Positions 49,693 to 59,136 of a DNA stretch of 64,000 bases are shown here, piece by piece. Numbering within the stretch: the stretch's first letter is position 1; every line of letters begins with the position of its first letter. Where the stretch lies: NCBI GenBank assembly GCA_963714095.1, contig OY970230.1, positions 468,084-532,083 of the forward strand, given 5' to 3'. The translations under genes and the position numbers were made by a program. The notes below the pieces were generated by a model. The model was not told where the DNA came from, made no database searches, and saw only the letters and a list, made by a program, of their open reading frames with translations. The stretch comes from Candidatus Gottesmanbacteria bacterium. Lineage in GTDB: Bacteria > Patescibacteriota > Microgenomatia > UBA10105 > UBA927.

Positions 49693-51111
49693 TTACGTGT
49701 GGAGAATCTCTATCATTTTAGCCTCAATATCGCGTGCGCGCTTTTCTGTCTTGCCGAAAATAATATACCCGAGCTGATGATATGACAGGAGATTTTCGGA
49801 AATAATAACAAGCCCCTCACGGGTTTGTTTATTGAACAATATCGGCTCAAGAACTGTAAGCATTTCTTTAAAAGAATAGACTTTACTGTCGGTTAACTTA
49901 TATGCATTATTGGACAATATGCAGGTCAGATACATAAAATCTTTTCCGAATAATTTCTCTGCGGTTGCAAACACGTGTGTACCGCCGGTTCTTCGGACGT
50001 TTGTCTCCGTCACATACATATGCCCGTTTTTAGACGCCACAAAATCTACATCAAAATAGCCCCGGTACCCGTTTGAACGGTATTGTTCCCCGATAAAAAA
50101 TCCTGTATCCACCATACGGACCGCTGCTTGTTCGGAAATTGCATCATTGTGTATTTCCATACCAAGAAACACACCGTCTTTCGTGACACGCATGCCGCCG
50201 TAATACAAAAATTCCACATGCCCGTTTTTCAGTATCTGAAATTCAAGGCTCGGGTATCCCCCGCCAACAGCTGTGTTTACGGACAACAGCGACTCAATCA
50301 CAATCGGAAACAATTTCCAGTATTCATCTTTTTCGAGTATCGTTAATATAGCCTTCTGACAGGATGCATAATCGTTCGGTAACTCCCCGTCCCGCAGCAG
50401 TAGTACGCCTGCACCGGAATGACCTTTGTTGGTTTTCAACACTACACCGTGTTCGGTCACATATTTATTTGCCGCGATGCGCGACGCATCAATAATGCCA
50501 CTCACGATAATACCCTCCGCCATCATAAAATCAGGTTCTGCTGCCCGGCTTTGCTGGGAGAGTTGCCGGATGCCGGATTTACTGCCGAAAAAGTTTACAG
50601 TCCACGCATCTTCTTCTTCGGGCGCCTCCGGGGTAAAAATCGTAAGGCCCCTGCCACGCAGAGTTCGCACAAGATCAAGGAATTGCTGGGAAGTCGTGTA
50701 GCTTTTTACTACCAACCGGCGGGATCCGTTTGCAGCGTTAATTAAAGCCTGCATAATATTTTCATCCCGAATGATATCCTCACAAATCACTCCCGAATGA
50801 ACCTTCGGAACCTGTACGTGAAAATTCCGTTTGCCGAATAGTGTGGTGAAATATTCAAAAAATACTTTGTCAACCGGACGCGGGAGAACAAATATCATCG
50901 CGTCTTCCGCGCAGAATGAAAAAAGATCCCGGTCCCCCAAATCCGCATTCTCTTCTATTTCCATTTTCTGAACCTGTTTATCGGACATGGCACTGATAAA
51001 CGGCCATACGTCTTCCGACAGGTTGAATATATAGACTGTGGATTCCGGAAGTTTGGGAATACTACTCGGAGGCTCTTGAATGTCCATGATACAAACAATA
51101 GAATACCGCAA
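49693..51111 (-). CDS. ATP-grasp superfamily carboxylate-amine ligase, substrate unknown
   Basis: VLKTNKGHSGAGV (phosphate-binding loop) and YFDVDFVASKNGHMYVTETNVRRTGG (Mg/ATP-binding C-terminal motif). Confidence 0.7.
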   Translation of the reverse strand: MRYSIVCIMDIQEPPSSIPKLPESTVYIFNLSEDVWPFISAMSDKQVQKMEIEENADLGDRDLFSFCAEDAMIFVLPRPVDKVFFEYFTTLFGKRNFHVQVPKVHSGVICEDIIRDENIMQALINAANGSRRLVVKSYTTSQQFLDLVRTLRGRGLTIFTPEAPEEEDAWTVNFFGSKSGIRQLSQQSRAAEPDFMMAEGIIVSGIIDASRIAANKYVTEHGVVLKTNKGHSGAGVLLLRDGELPNDYASCQKAILTILEKDEYWKLFPIVIESLLSVNTAVGGGYPSLEFQILKNGHVEFLYYGGMRVTKDGVFLGMEIHNDAISEQAAVRMVDTGFFIGEQYRSNGYRGYFDVDFVASKNGHMYVTETNVRRTGGTHVFATAEKLFGKDFMYLTCILSNNAYKLTDSKVYSFKEMLTVLEPILFNKQTREGLVIISENLLSYHQLGYIIFGKTEKRARDIEAKMIEILHT

Positions 51112-51135
51112 TTGGAAAATATGTAAAGGGGGAGT

Positions 51136-53490
51136 TTACAATCTTGCGCGCTGGGAAATCTCGGCCTCCACCAATTCCCGTGAACGGCCGTACTTCAGGC
51201 GCGACAGCTGGATAATGGCGGCTGCGACTTTTTCGTTCCTCGACGCGTTCACCTTCGTCATATCTTTAGTCAAATCCATGCTGAACGGTTTCACTGGCTC
51301 GTTGTGGACATTGGTTTTGACGTATGCGTTATACCTATCTATATTGATCAAATCCGACTCATTAAACGTCGGCTGATATTCATGCTGCAGGTAATTGGCA
51401 TCCGTAACACCGACACGGAAACTAATAAGCGTGCCGACGTTGCCGAATACTGCATTTTTCACCTCTTCCTCCATCTGACCGATAAACTGGTTGGCAACGA
51501 TAAGATCTAGTCTGTATTTCCGTGCCTCAGACAGAATTTGGGCGAAATCGGGCGTTGCAAAGTTTTGAAACTCATCGACATAAAGATAAAAATCGCGCCG
51601 CTTCTCTTCGGATATTTCCTGGCGGCTCATGGCGGAAATAAGAATTCGGGGTACCAGTATCAGTCCCAGGAAATTACTGTTTTCTTCTCCAATTTTTCCT
51701 TTCGCAAGGTTAACAAGAAGTATTTTTCCTTCATCCATGACATTGCGGAAATTAAAACTTGATTCCGACTGACCGATAATATTGCGCATAAGTTTATTGG
51801 TTACGAACCGGCCGAACTTCGACACAATGTAGTCCAACACTTCCGATTTATGGAAATCTGCAGTCTGGGCAATCTGATCAGTCCAATAGCGGCGGATGAT
51901 AGGATCCTGCAGCTTCGGAAGTAATTCCTGAACAAAAGTGGCATCGGTAAGCACGCGGACAACTTCAACAAACGTATTGCCTGGCTCCACCATGACGGTG
52001 AGCATTGCGTTTCTGATGGCATGTTCAAAACGGGGACCGATAATACCGGTTTTCATGGGATCGTAGAGTTTGTACATCAGTCCGACAATTGATGTAACCA
52101 CAAAATGTTTTTGTTCTTCGGTAGTGGCTTCCAGCATATTCAGACCCATCGGGCGCTCGGTATCAGATGGGTCAAAATAAATGACATCCTCAGCGCGGGA
52201 CGGCGGAATCCGTGACAACACGCCGTCAATAAGGTCTCCGTGCGGATCAACAACCGCAATTCCCTTACCCGCCTGAATATCCTGGACAATCATCTCCTCC
52301 AATAACTGCGATTTCCCCGTACCTGTTTTCCCAATGATATACATGTGACGCCTGCGGTCTTCATCGCTGATATATATCTGCCGTTCTACACCCCTATACC
52401 GTGACTGACCCAAATAAAGGCCGGACGTTGGAATCTGGGAAGGAGCCGGCGCCCGTTTCGCATTGAGCCAAAATATGTGGGCAGTTTCAATTGTTTTATT
52501 GGGAAGATGATACAGCGTTGCCAGCTCTTCGCTGTTGAGAATACTGAACTGTTGAAAAAACGGCAGATTAAATACCGGAAAGTATCGGTAAATAAAATCC
52601 ATCATGAAAAGTTTTTTTGTAAATAGCGGAAATTTTACTTTCGTAAAATTATTATGGTCAGACGTAAATTGCCCGAAACTGGCTAATAAATTATCAAGAT
52701 GCATCTTGGCATTTTCCTGCGAGGTAGACGACACGACAATCCGTACAACCGTGTTAAATCCCGGCTTACTCGTTTTTTGCTCAATCGCTTCCAGCGACTT
52801 GGAATCCACCTTAAAGCTTGCTTTTTCCGGATTCGCCTCATCCTTTTTCACTTTTGATATATAAGAACGGCCCAAGCTCCGCCATTTGCTCTCGGCAGGC
52901 TGAATTAAGACCTGCACGACTGCGCCTTCCCCTTCTCCCATTTTGGCAAGAACTGATGTAAGGGAAGATAACGGGTCGGTCGGAAGATCCCGAAATATCC
53001 GGATCGGCATGTATGCAAAATTTTTCAACCGTAACGCTGTAAATGCAACCTGTCCCGTTTCAGAAAATATGGAATATTCGTCCACTTCTTTTATATCCGC
53101 ACCGGGATACGCACCATGAATCTGTTTTTCCACAAGATCCATAAGTTTCCTTGGCACTGCAGCATAAAACCGGATATCCTCCTGCTTTGCAACAATTTCA
53201 AATGATAAATGAGGCTGCGGCTTTAAAAATGACCAAAAACCGGATTTATGAATGCCATACAGACTTGCAAATAATTGCTCTGCCGCATCAATTTTTATTT
53301 CATTCTCCCTGGGTACCGCCATCTGAAGAAGAACATAATCCAGTGACCGCTCCTCCCGATCACGGTATTTCCACAAAAGAAATGCCACATACATTAAAAG
53401 GTAAAAACCGCCCAGTAGGAGCACGATAAACAGGAGAACAATCCCAAACATTTCGAACCGATAGAGATAATCCATTGTTTGTATGGGCAT
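51136..53490 (-). CDS. membrane-anchored FtsK/HerA-superfamily P-loop ATPase, VirB4/TrwK-like (DUF87/AAA_10 type)
   Basis: N-terminal TM (GIVLLFIVLLLGGFYLLMYVAFLL); Walker A YIIGKTGTGKSQLL at ~390; VVDPHGD; Walker B FYLYVDEFQNF at ~640. Its 784-aa length and motif positions match VirB4 rather than VirD4. Confidence 0.65.
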   Translation of the reverse strand: MPIQTMDYLYRFEMFGIVLLFIVLLLGGFYLLMYVAFLLWKYRDREERSLDYVLLQMAVPRENEIKIDAAEQLFASLYGIHKSGFWSFLKPQPHLSFEIVAKQEDIRFYAAVPRKLMDLVEKQIHGAYPGADIKEVDEYSIFSETGQVAFTALRLKNFAYMPIRIFRDLPTDPLSSLTSVLAKMGEGEGAVVQVLIQPAESKWRSLGRSYISKVKKDEANPEKASFKVDSKSLEAIEQKTSKPGFNTVVRIVVSSTSQENAKMHLDNLLASFGQFTSDHNNFTKVKFPLFTKKLFMMDFIYRYFPVFNLPFFQQFSILNSEELATLYHLPNKTIETAHIFWLNAKRAPAPSQIPTSGLYLGQSRYRGVERQIYISDEDRRRHMYIIGKTGTGKSQLLEEMIVQDIQAGKGIAVVDPHGDLIDGVLSRIPPSRAEDVIYFDPSDTERPMGLNMLEATTEEQKHFVVTSIVGLMYKLYDPMKTGIIGPRFEHAIRNAMLTVMVEPGNTFVEVVRVLTDATFVQELLPKLQDPIIRRYWTDQIAQTADFHKSEVLDYIVSKFGRFVTNKLMRNIIGQSESSFNFRNVMDEGKILLVNLAKGKIGEENSNFLGLILVPRILISAMSRQEISEEKRRDFYLYVDEFQNFATPDFAQILSEARKYRLDLIVANQFIGQMEEEVKNAVFGNVGTLISFRVGVTDANYLQHEYQPTFNESDLINIDRYNAYVKTNVHNEPVKPFSMDLTKDMTKVNASRNEKVAAAIIQLSRLKYGRSRELVEAEISQRARL

Positions 53491-53492
53491 AG

Positions 53493-53915
53493 TTATTCTC
53501 TCACGCGCGTGAGTTTCCCGTGAACATTTTTAAGTCCCATGTGTACCTGTTTTAATTTACGGACACACCACTGAGCAAGCCAGCGCCAGGAAGTCCATAT
53601 GCTTTGTTTTAATCCCAATGCGATCTGATCATCAGATAGAGGCAAGGTAACAGAGGGTGTGGGCGCAGGGACGTTTTGTCCGGCCGGTTGCACACCCAGC
53701 TGTGAGACCGGCGGAGGGATAGGAATCGCCGTCGGCCGCGTTGCGACTCCGGATGCTACGACCTCCGGTGACAGCTCTACTTCATGTCCCGCTGGTCGAA
53801 ATGGACCTTCAACAGATGGCCGCCCGCCGATTTCTACTTCCTTACTGACAGACCCGGTACTCACGGGAACAGGTGGCGAAGTATTTCCAGATACTGAAGA
53901 AGGCAGGTCATTCAT
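53493..53915 (-). CDS. Pro-rich hypothetical protein with C-terminal amphipathic/Trp-rich helix, first gene of the VirB4-like operon
   Basis: 140 aa; PPVPVSTGS...PTAIPIPPPVSQLGVQPAGQNVPAPTPSV...LKQSIWTSWRWLAQWCVRKLKQ; 2-nt gap to the ATPase gene. Confidence 0.4.
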   Translation of the reverse strand: MNDLPSSVSGNTSPPVPVSTGSVSKEVEIGGRPSVEGPFRPAGHEVELSPEVVASGVATRPTAIPIPPPVSQLGVQPAGQNVPAPTPSVTLPLSDDQIALGLKQSIWTSWRWLAQWCVRKLKQVHMGLKNVHGKLTRVRE

Positions 53916-53927
53916 ATAAATATCATA

Positions 53928-54437
53928 TCACGAATGGAGAACTTTCGAACCTGGGGACCGCGCCTTCATCAAAGCAAAACTCCCAAAAAATAGTGCGGTA
54001 TACGCGCTGTCTCCGATCAGGGAATTGCGGAAAAACGGGATGGCCATGATATAGGAATCCAATAAACCGGCAAGTGTTTTGGGGTACATGGATCCGGGCA
54101 CGAACCAGACAGCGAAATTAGTCACCAGATAAAATACAACTGATGACGTCAGCGTGATCCCGACAATACGGATCATTGATTGTTTTTGAAGATATCGGCC
54201 CGCGAGAAGAACAGAAATGGCAAAACTCCCGTAGGTAGCCCACATAACTGTATGAAATCCTAAAACCGCATCACTCACGAGCATCGTGCAGACGGTAATT
54301 GCCAACGCCTTCGTTCTACCAAATCTCGCGCCTGAAAACACAGCGAGCGCACCGACCGCGGTAATGTTGGCCGGGTGCGGAAGAATCCTCGAAAGAACAC
54401 CGATAATAATTAAAAGTACTGTATCCATATTATTCAA
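53928..54437 (-). CDS. small polytopic membrane protein (5-6 TM), candidate cobalamin uptake S-component/BtuM-like transporter
   Basis: 169 aa hydrophobic; last gene of the nrdJ-pduO-DUF4430 cluster, 8-nt overlap with the DUF4430 gene. Confidence 0.45.
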   Translation of the reverse strand: MNNMDTVLLIIIGVLSRILPHPANITAVGALAVFSGARFGRTKALAITVCTMLVSDAVLGFHTVMWATYGSFAISVLLAGRYLQKQSMIRIVGITLTSSVVFYLVTNFAVWFVPGSMYPKTLAGLLDSYIMAIPFFRNSLIGDSAYTALFFGSFALMKARSPGSKVLHS

Positions 54438-54858
54438 TAGTTGGCTTCATATACTTCCACTCAACTGTATCGCCTGCGTTGAGACTTTGTTTGTCTGCTG
54501 CAACAGTACCTGCTTTTCCGTTGACAAAATAAATCCATGATTTTTCTTTTGTGTTTGCAAGGGGTCCTATCTGCTGGACGAATACCCCGAAATCGTATTG
54601 TTTTGTTATCACCTCTATGCGTTTCTGTTCTGCCAAAGCCGTCAATGCAGCGTAGGCGTTTCCTGCAAAAATACCAGATACTGTGGAGACTTCTTTGCCT
54701 GTATCCAATACAACGGTTGCCGTTGAAACCGGTGAAACAGAAAGCGATGAATTGACATTGACATAATTCGCTGTCCGCCAAACGTACTGTGTAACCTCAT
54801 ACAAACCCCCGACAATAATAATTCCTAGAGCCGCCACTATGGCAATATTTTTTTTCAT
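54430..54858 (-). CDS. DUF4430-domain secreted protein (cobalamin-binding, BtuG/transcobalamin-like) with signal peptide (start at MKKNIAIVAAL)
   Basis: ...AGTVAADKQSLNAGDTVEWKYMK C-terminal DUF4430-like beta domain; ORF track extends to 54894 but then overlaps pduO. Confidence 0.55.
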   Translation of the reverse strand: MKKNIAIVAALGIIIVGGLYEVTQYVWRTANYVNVNSSLSVSPVSTATVVLDTGKEVSTVSGIFAGNAYAALTALAEQKRIEVITKQYDFGVFVQQIGPLANTKEKSWIYFVNGKAGTVAADKQSLNAGDTVEWKYMKPTIE

Positions 54859-54869
54859 AAAAAAACTCC

Positions 54870-55409
54870 TCACCGCGAGAAGTTTCCGGACCACACAACT
54901 TCCCTAATATTTTCCTGCTTATTTATAACCCTCGCAAGTGTAAATAGCAAGTCGGATAACCGATTGAGATATTTGATAATGACCGGATTCACCTGTTGTT
55001 TTTTTGATAAGGAGACCGTCTGTCTCTCGACACGGCGGCAGACACTGCGCGCAATATGGATGTGTGCTGCCAACTCGCACCCGCCGGGTAATATAAAGTT
55101 TGTAAGATGCGGCAATTCTTTGTCCATCAAATCTATTTCCTTTTCCATTTCTGAAATCCTCGGCTCAGGCAATTGAAGATTTCCTTTGAATCCCGCGAGT
55201 GTACTCCCGATGGTAAAAAGGTCTGACTGAATTGTATGCAAAAATACTTTTTTACTTTTATCCTTTAACTTCTCACCTATGAGTCCCATCCAACTGTTCA
55301 GTTCATCAATCGACCCATAGACATCAACGAGTTCCTCGCACTTCAACACGCGTTTACCGCCAAAGAGTGACGTCGTCCCATCATCTCCGGTGCGTGTATA
55401 GATTGGCAT
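54870..55409 (-). CDS. pduO: ATP:cob(I)alamin adenosyltransferase, PduO type (start at MPIYTRTGDDG)
   Basis: MPIYTRTGDDGTTSLFGGKRV signature N-terminus; ~180 aa helical bundle. Confidence 0.85.
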   Translation of the reverse strand: MPIYTRTGDDGTTSLFGGKRVLKCEELVDVYGSIDELNSWMGLIGEKLKDKSKKVFLHTIQSDLFTIGSTLAGFKGNLQLPEPRISEMEKEIDLMDKELPHLTNFILPGGCELAAHIHIARSVCRRVERQTVSLSKKQQVNPVIIKYLNRLSDLLFTLARVINKQENIREVVWSGNFSR

Positions 55410-55419
55410 AGATGAAGTA

Positions 55420-57849
55420 TTAACACTCAGAATAGCCGCAACTGTAGCATTTCTTGCAGGATTCTTCAAAAACAAGACTTGCTTCCCCGCATTTCGGGCA
55501 CAAATCAACAGTTACCATCCGCTTGGATGAGGCAACTGCCGCCTCCTGCGCCTCAACCGGCGGAGCAAATACGGGCGCGGGCGTAACAGTTGATGTTAAT
55601 TTTGCAACTTCCGCAGCAACCGTCGTTCCCGGTGCGTGTCCGTTTCCGTTTCCATCACCCACTGACAAGGGAGCAACATCAACCCTGTGTTTTTGAAAAA
55701 ATCCGAAATGCCGGTCGATAACTTTTGCAATTGCATCAGGAAGACTGCGTACACGGTTTTCACCGAACCCGAGACTTCGCGCTCCTCCGATACCGATCAG
55801 CATGGATGCAATTTTATGCGCGCGCTCCATCGGCGGAATGGGCGACGCCATACGAAGCGTTAAGGAAATAATTTTACCCAATGCCTCAGCCATAGCAGTT
55901 ACATCACTGCCGGCTTTGCCGACGTTCACGAACATTTCAACCGGCTGATTGCCGCCGTTGGTATTAATAGTCACATACGCATCGCCGACCGGTGTTTCCA
56001 CGCGGTAGGTCGCCCCATGCAGAACAACCGGGCGCGGTTTCACCTCCGGCGTGATAAGTTGTTTCACCTCTTCTACCTTTTTTTCCTCTTTCCGTGTTAA
56101 GACACCTACACGGCTTCCCTCCCGCATATAGGCAATACCCTTACACCCCTGTTCATACGCCAATGTGTAAAGCCGTTTCACATCTTCAACTGTATGGGTG
56201 GCCGGAGCGTTGACGGTTTTGCTGATGGACGCATCCACGTATTTTTGGATTGTTGCCTGAACATACACATGATCTTCCGGTATGAGATCATTGGCCGACA
56301 CAAACCATGCGGGGCGTTCCGCACGTGTCGGTTCTCTCCCGTGTATTTTTTTGAAATCCTCAAACCATGCGTCATAGAGAGGATGCCGCAGTGTGTGTTC
56401 TCCTAATCTGTCCCTCCGTATAAATTCAAACTCGTACACGGGTTCTATCCCGCTTGAGACCCCCGCCATGAGTGACGTACTCCCTGTTGGCGCCTGCTGC
56501 AGAATGAGGGAATTGCGGATGCCATATTTTTTTAAACCCTTACGGACTGATTCCGGCAGTTGTTTAATAAAATACCCGTCCAGATGTTTTTTAATTTGGA
56601 TCTTGGGGAACGGTCCTTTTTCTGCCGCTATCTCGACTGACGCCTCGTACGCCGCGTCCCTGATCGTTTTGTAAATTTTATCGATAACAGGAAGACTTTC
56701 TTTATCACCATACCGAAGTTTCATTTTAATCAGCGCATCGCCCAGCCCCATAGTACCCAACCCAATCCGACGTTCTCCTTTTTGTTGGACTTTACGGATT
56801 TCATCAAAGACATAAAAATCCGCATCAATAACGTCGTCCTGAAAACGTACACCGATGGTAGCGATTTGGGCAAGGCGCGCATAATCCATCTCTCCATTGT
56901 CCGTGACCAGCGCGGCAAGATTAATAGAACATAAATTACAGACGCCCCAATACGGCAACCCCTCCTCTCCGCACGGATTCACACAGTTAACAAATTCAAA
57001 ATATGAATTGTTAAACCATTTGTTATACCGCTCCATAAATACCACGCCCGGCTCCGCGCTTTTCCACGCCGCCTGGGCGATAAGATCCCAGAGAGCCCGT
57101 GCTTTTACGGTTTTATGGACAATAACTTTACCCCCGCGCGCAATCCAGTTAGGTAAATACCCGTCCCACTTTGTGTCATACTCCGGATCCGTTTTATCCG
57201 GAAATACTAAATTCCAATCCGCATCCGCCTTGACCGCGTCCATAAACGCGTCCGACACGCATACCGAAAGATTGGCGCCGTTAATCCTCGTTAAATCCTG
57301 TTTCACTGTAATAAACTCTTCAATATCCGGGTGCCAATCCCAGAGCATGAGCATCAACGCCCCGCGGCGCGAGCCTCCCTGCTGGATAATATCTTTGGTC
57401 GCGACACTGAATAATTCCGCCCAATTACAGGGGCCCGATGAAAATCCGTTGACCTTATTCACCCGGGCGCCACGGGGCCGGAGACTCGAAAGGTTGATGC
57501 CGACACCACCCCCGCGGGACATAATTTCCACCATATTCCCGAGTGTTTTTAAAATCCCGCCGCGTGAGTCGTGAGGCGAAGGAATAACAAAACAATTATA
57601 AAACGTTACCTTGTATCCGGTGCCGGCTCCTGACAAAATTCTTCCTCCCGGAACAAAGGCAAAATCCTCCATGGCCTGGAAAAATTTTTCTTCCCAGACG
57701 GCGCGGTCCTTTTTATGTTCGGACTGGGCGATCGCATGACTCACCCGTCGCCACATTTCTTCAGGCGTCTGTTCAATCGGTTTTCCCGTCTCGTCTTTCA
57801 GAGCATATCTGTCCAAAAATACGGTGTTACGGATGCCAGTTAATTCCAT
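55420..57849 (-). CDS. nrdJ: class II (adenosylcobalamin-dependent) ribonucleotide reductase with C-terminal Cys4 zinc ribbon
   Basis: 809 aa, RNR class II catalytic core (…NLCSINLAA…, …SNPCGE…) and C-terminal CPKCGE...CKKCYSCGYSEC. Confidence 0.95.
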   Translation of the reverse strand: MELTGIRNTVFLDRYALKDETGKPIEQTPEEMWRRVSHAIAQSEHKKDRAVWEEKFFQAMEDFAFVPGGRILSGAGTGYKVTFYNCFVIPSPHDSRGGILKTLGNMVEIMSRGGGVGINLSSLRPRGARVNKVNGFSSGPCNWAELFSVATKDIIQQGGSRRGALMLMLWDWHPDIEEFITVKQDLTRINGANLSVCVSDAFMDAVKADADWNLVFPDKTDPEYDTKWDGYLPNWIARGGKVIVHKTVKARALWDLIAQAAWKSAEPGVVFMERYNKWFNNSYFEFVNCVNPCGEEGLPYWGVCNLCSINLAALVTDNGEMDYARLAQIATIGVRFQDDVIDADFYVFDEIRKVQQKGERRIGLGTMGLGDALIKMKLRYGDKESLPVIDKIYKTIRDAAYEASVEIAAEKGPFPKIQIKKHLDGYFIKQLPESVRKGLKKYGIRNSLILQQAPTGSTSLMAGVSSGIEPVYEFEFIRRDRLGEHTLRHPLYDAWFEDFKKIHGREPTRAERPAWFVSANDLIPEDHVYVQATIQKYVDASISKTVNAPATHTVEDVKRLYTLAYEQGCKGIAYMREGSRVGVLTRKEEKKVEEVKQLITPEVKPRPVVLHGATYRVETPVGDAYVTINTNGGNQPVEMFVNVGKAGSDVTAMAEALGKIISLTLRMASPIPPMERAHKIASMLIGIGGARSLGFGENRVRSLPDAIAKVIDRHFGFFQKHRVDVAPLSVGDGNGNGHAPGTTVAAEVAKLTSTVTPAPVFAPPVEAQEAAVASSKRMVTVDLCPKCGEASLVFEESCKKCYSCGYSEC

Positions 57850-57854
57850 AATTT

Positions 57855-58301
57855 TTAAAGTAATTTTTTAATCTCTCTATCAAAATCTTCTATATCAACA
57901 AACTGCCGAAAGACACTTGCAAATCGGATGTAGGCAAGCTTGTCTAATTTTTTCAGGCGCCTGGCGACCAGTTCCCCGATTTTTTTACTCGGAACTTCCG
58001 TTGTGTCCCCGGCAATCAACTCCCGCTCAACTTCATCCACAATCCGATCTACATCATCCGCTTTAATCGTCGTTTTTCCGCTTGCCCGCCAAATTCCCCG
58101 TTTCAGTTTTTCCCGGTCAAACGTTTCCCGCCGCTCATCTTTTTTAATCACTGTAATCGGTACCGTTTCCACCCGCTCATAGGTCGTAAACCGCTTCTCA
58201 CACTTTGAGCACCCCCGGCGCCGTCTCGTCACTGACAAATCTTCGTTATCCCGAGTCTCGATGACATCTGTATTTTCAAAACCGCAATATGGACACTTCA
58301 T
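57855..58301 (-). CDS. nrdR: transcriptional repressor NrdR (zinc ribbon plus ATP-cone)
   Basis: MKCPYCGFENTDVIETR...CSKCEKRFTTYERVE... Confidence 0.95.
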   Translation of the reverse strand: MKCPYCGFENTDVIETRDNEDLSVTRRRRGCSKCEKRFTTYERVETVPITVIKKDERRETFDREKLKRGIWRASGKTTIKADDVDRIVDEVERELIAGDTTEVPSKKIGELVARRLKKLDKLAYIRFASVFRQFVDIEDFDREIKKLL

Positions 58302-58394
58302 TTTTTCTGTTAGGACTTTTCAATATAAACAATTTCTGAACGATTTCAAGCCCCCAATTTCCTTCAAACCTTCATTTCACGAATGAAATATAAA

Positions 58395-58447
58395 ACACTA
58401 TATGTGGTGCTAAAAATGATAGTAAGACACTAAATACGGTGCGTCAA
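58395..58447 (-). promoter_or_regulatory. two NrdR-box-like palindromes spaced 32 bp apart (58395-58408, 58427-58441) overlapping a sigma70 promoter (-35 TTGACG 58442-58447, -10 TACTAT 58419-58424) for nrdR-nrdJ
   Basis: acactatatgtggt and acactaaatacggtg; 32-bp phasing as in described NrdR operators. Confidence 0.5.
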
Positions 58448-58578
58448 CTGGCAACTTCTATATCAAAGAGGGGCAATATTTTCCCCCGAGGCTGATAATA
58501 ATCTGTGAGGAAAAAGTACGGGAAATCATTCCGCCGCGGATATAAAAAAATTCCGGTGCAGACGTTTTGTGTTCAACG

Positions 58579-59136
58579 TTACTTTAGTTTCTGCAATCCC
58601 GCCTGAAGGGTATGTACCAAATCCAACGAACCGGAGAGTCCTGATTTTATCGTTGCATCCGAAGTCACTTGTATTTCGGATGTCAGTACCTCTTCGTGTT
58701 TGGCAAGCGACTGGGTGAGATGATCTGTTATATATGCCGGAACCTCAGTCCCCTGCGCTTTGAGCGCAAAAAGTGTTTGCTCTGCATTATTCATGTACTT
58801 CTCCCCTTTAGAAATGGTTTGCTCTGCTAAAACTCCATTGCCGAGGGCTGTGAGCTGTATTCCCATAGCTAACCGTTTGTCACCCTGCAGAATATAAAAT
58901 TCCGTTTTCTTCACGGGATCCATAATGAGCTTATCCAGTATCCAATCACGGGCCTGCTTCAGGAAATACAAGGGATTATTCGGAAGCATCCCCGGATACG
59001 GAAGTTCGTATTGGACCGGCGTGGGTGTTGGTGAAACCACCGGTACTGCAGCAGTAGATGCAGTCGTTGTCACTCCTGCGGCAAAGACCATAGTCGGAAA
59101 AAGAAGACTAGCAAAAAATAAACCAATATATTTCAT
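58579..59136 (-). CDS. secreted DUF5667-like protein (signal peptide, helical)
   Basis: MKYIGLFFASLLFPTMVFA signal; YELPYPGMLPNNPLYFLKQARDWI motif. Confidence 0.55.
   Translation of the reverse strand: MKYIGLFFASLLFPTMVFAAGVTTTASTAAVPVVSPTPTPVQYELPYPGMLPNNPLYFLKQARDWILDKLIMDPVKKTEFYILQGDKRLAMGIQLTALGNGVLAEQTISKGEKYMNNAEQTLFALKAQGTEVPAYITDHLTQSLAKHEEVLTSEIQVTSDATIKSGLSGSLDLVHTLQAGLQKLK

Noticed and set aside
49589-53915. Integrated mobile element at the tRNA gene carrying the VirB4-like ATPase
   Set aside because: No integrase, relaxase, direct att repeats or tRNA 3'-end duplication are found in the window. The cluster lies on the 5' side of the tRNA, not at its 3' end. The idea is kept only as a low-probability note in the findings.
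58468-58491. GGGG-N10-CCCC hairpin downstream of the DUF5667 gene as its terminator
   Set aside because: The stem is only 4-5 bp, the trailing U-tract is weak (TCTTT) and it is 90 nt from the stop. It is too weak to call.
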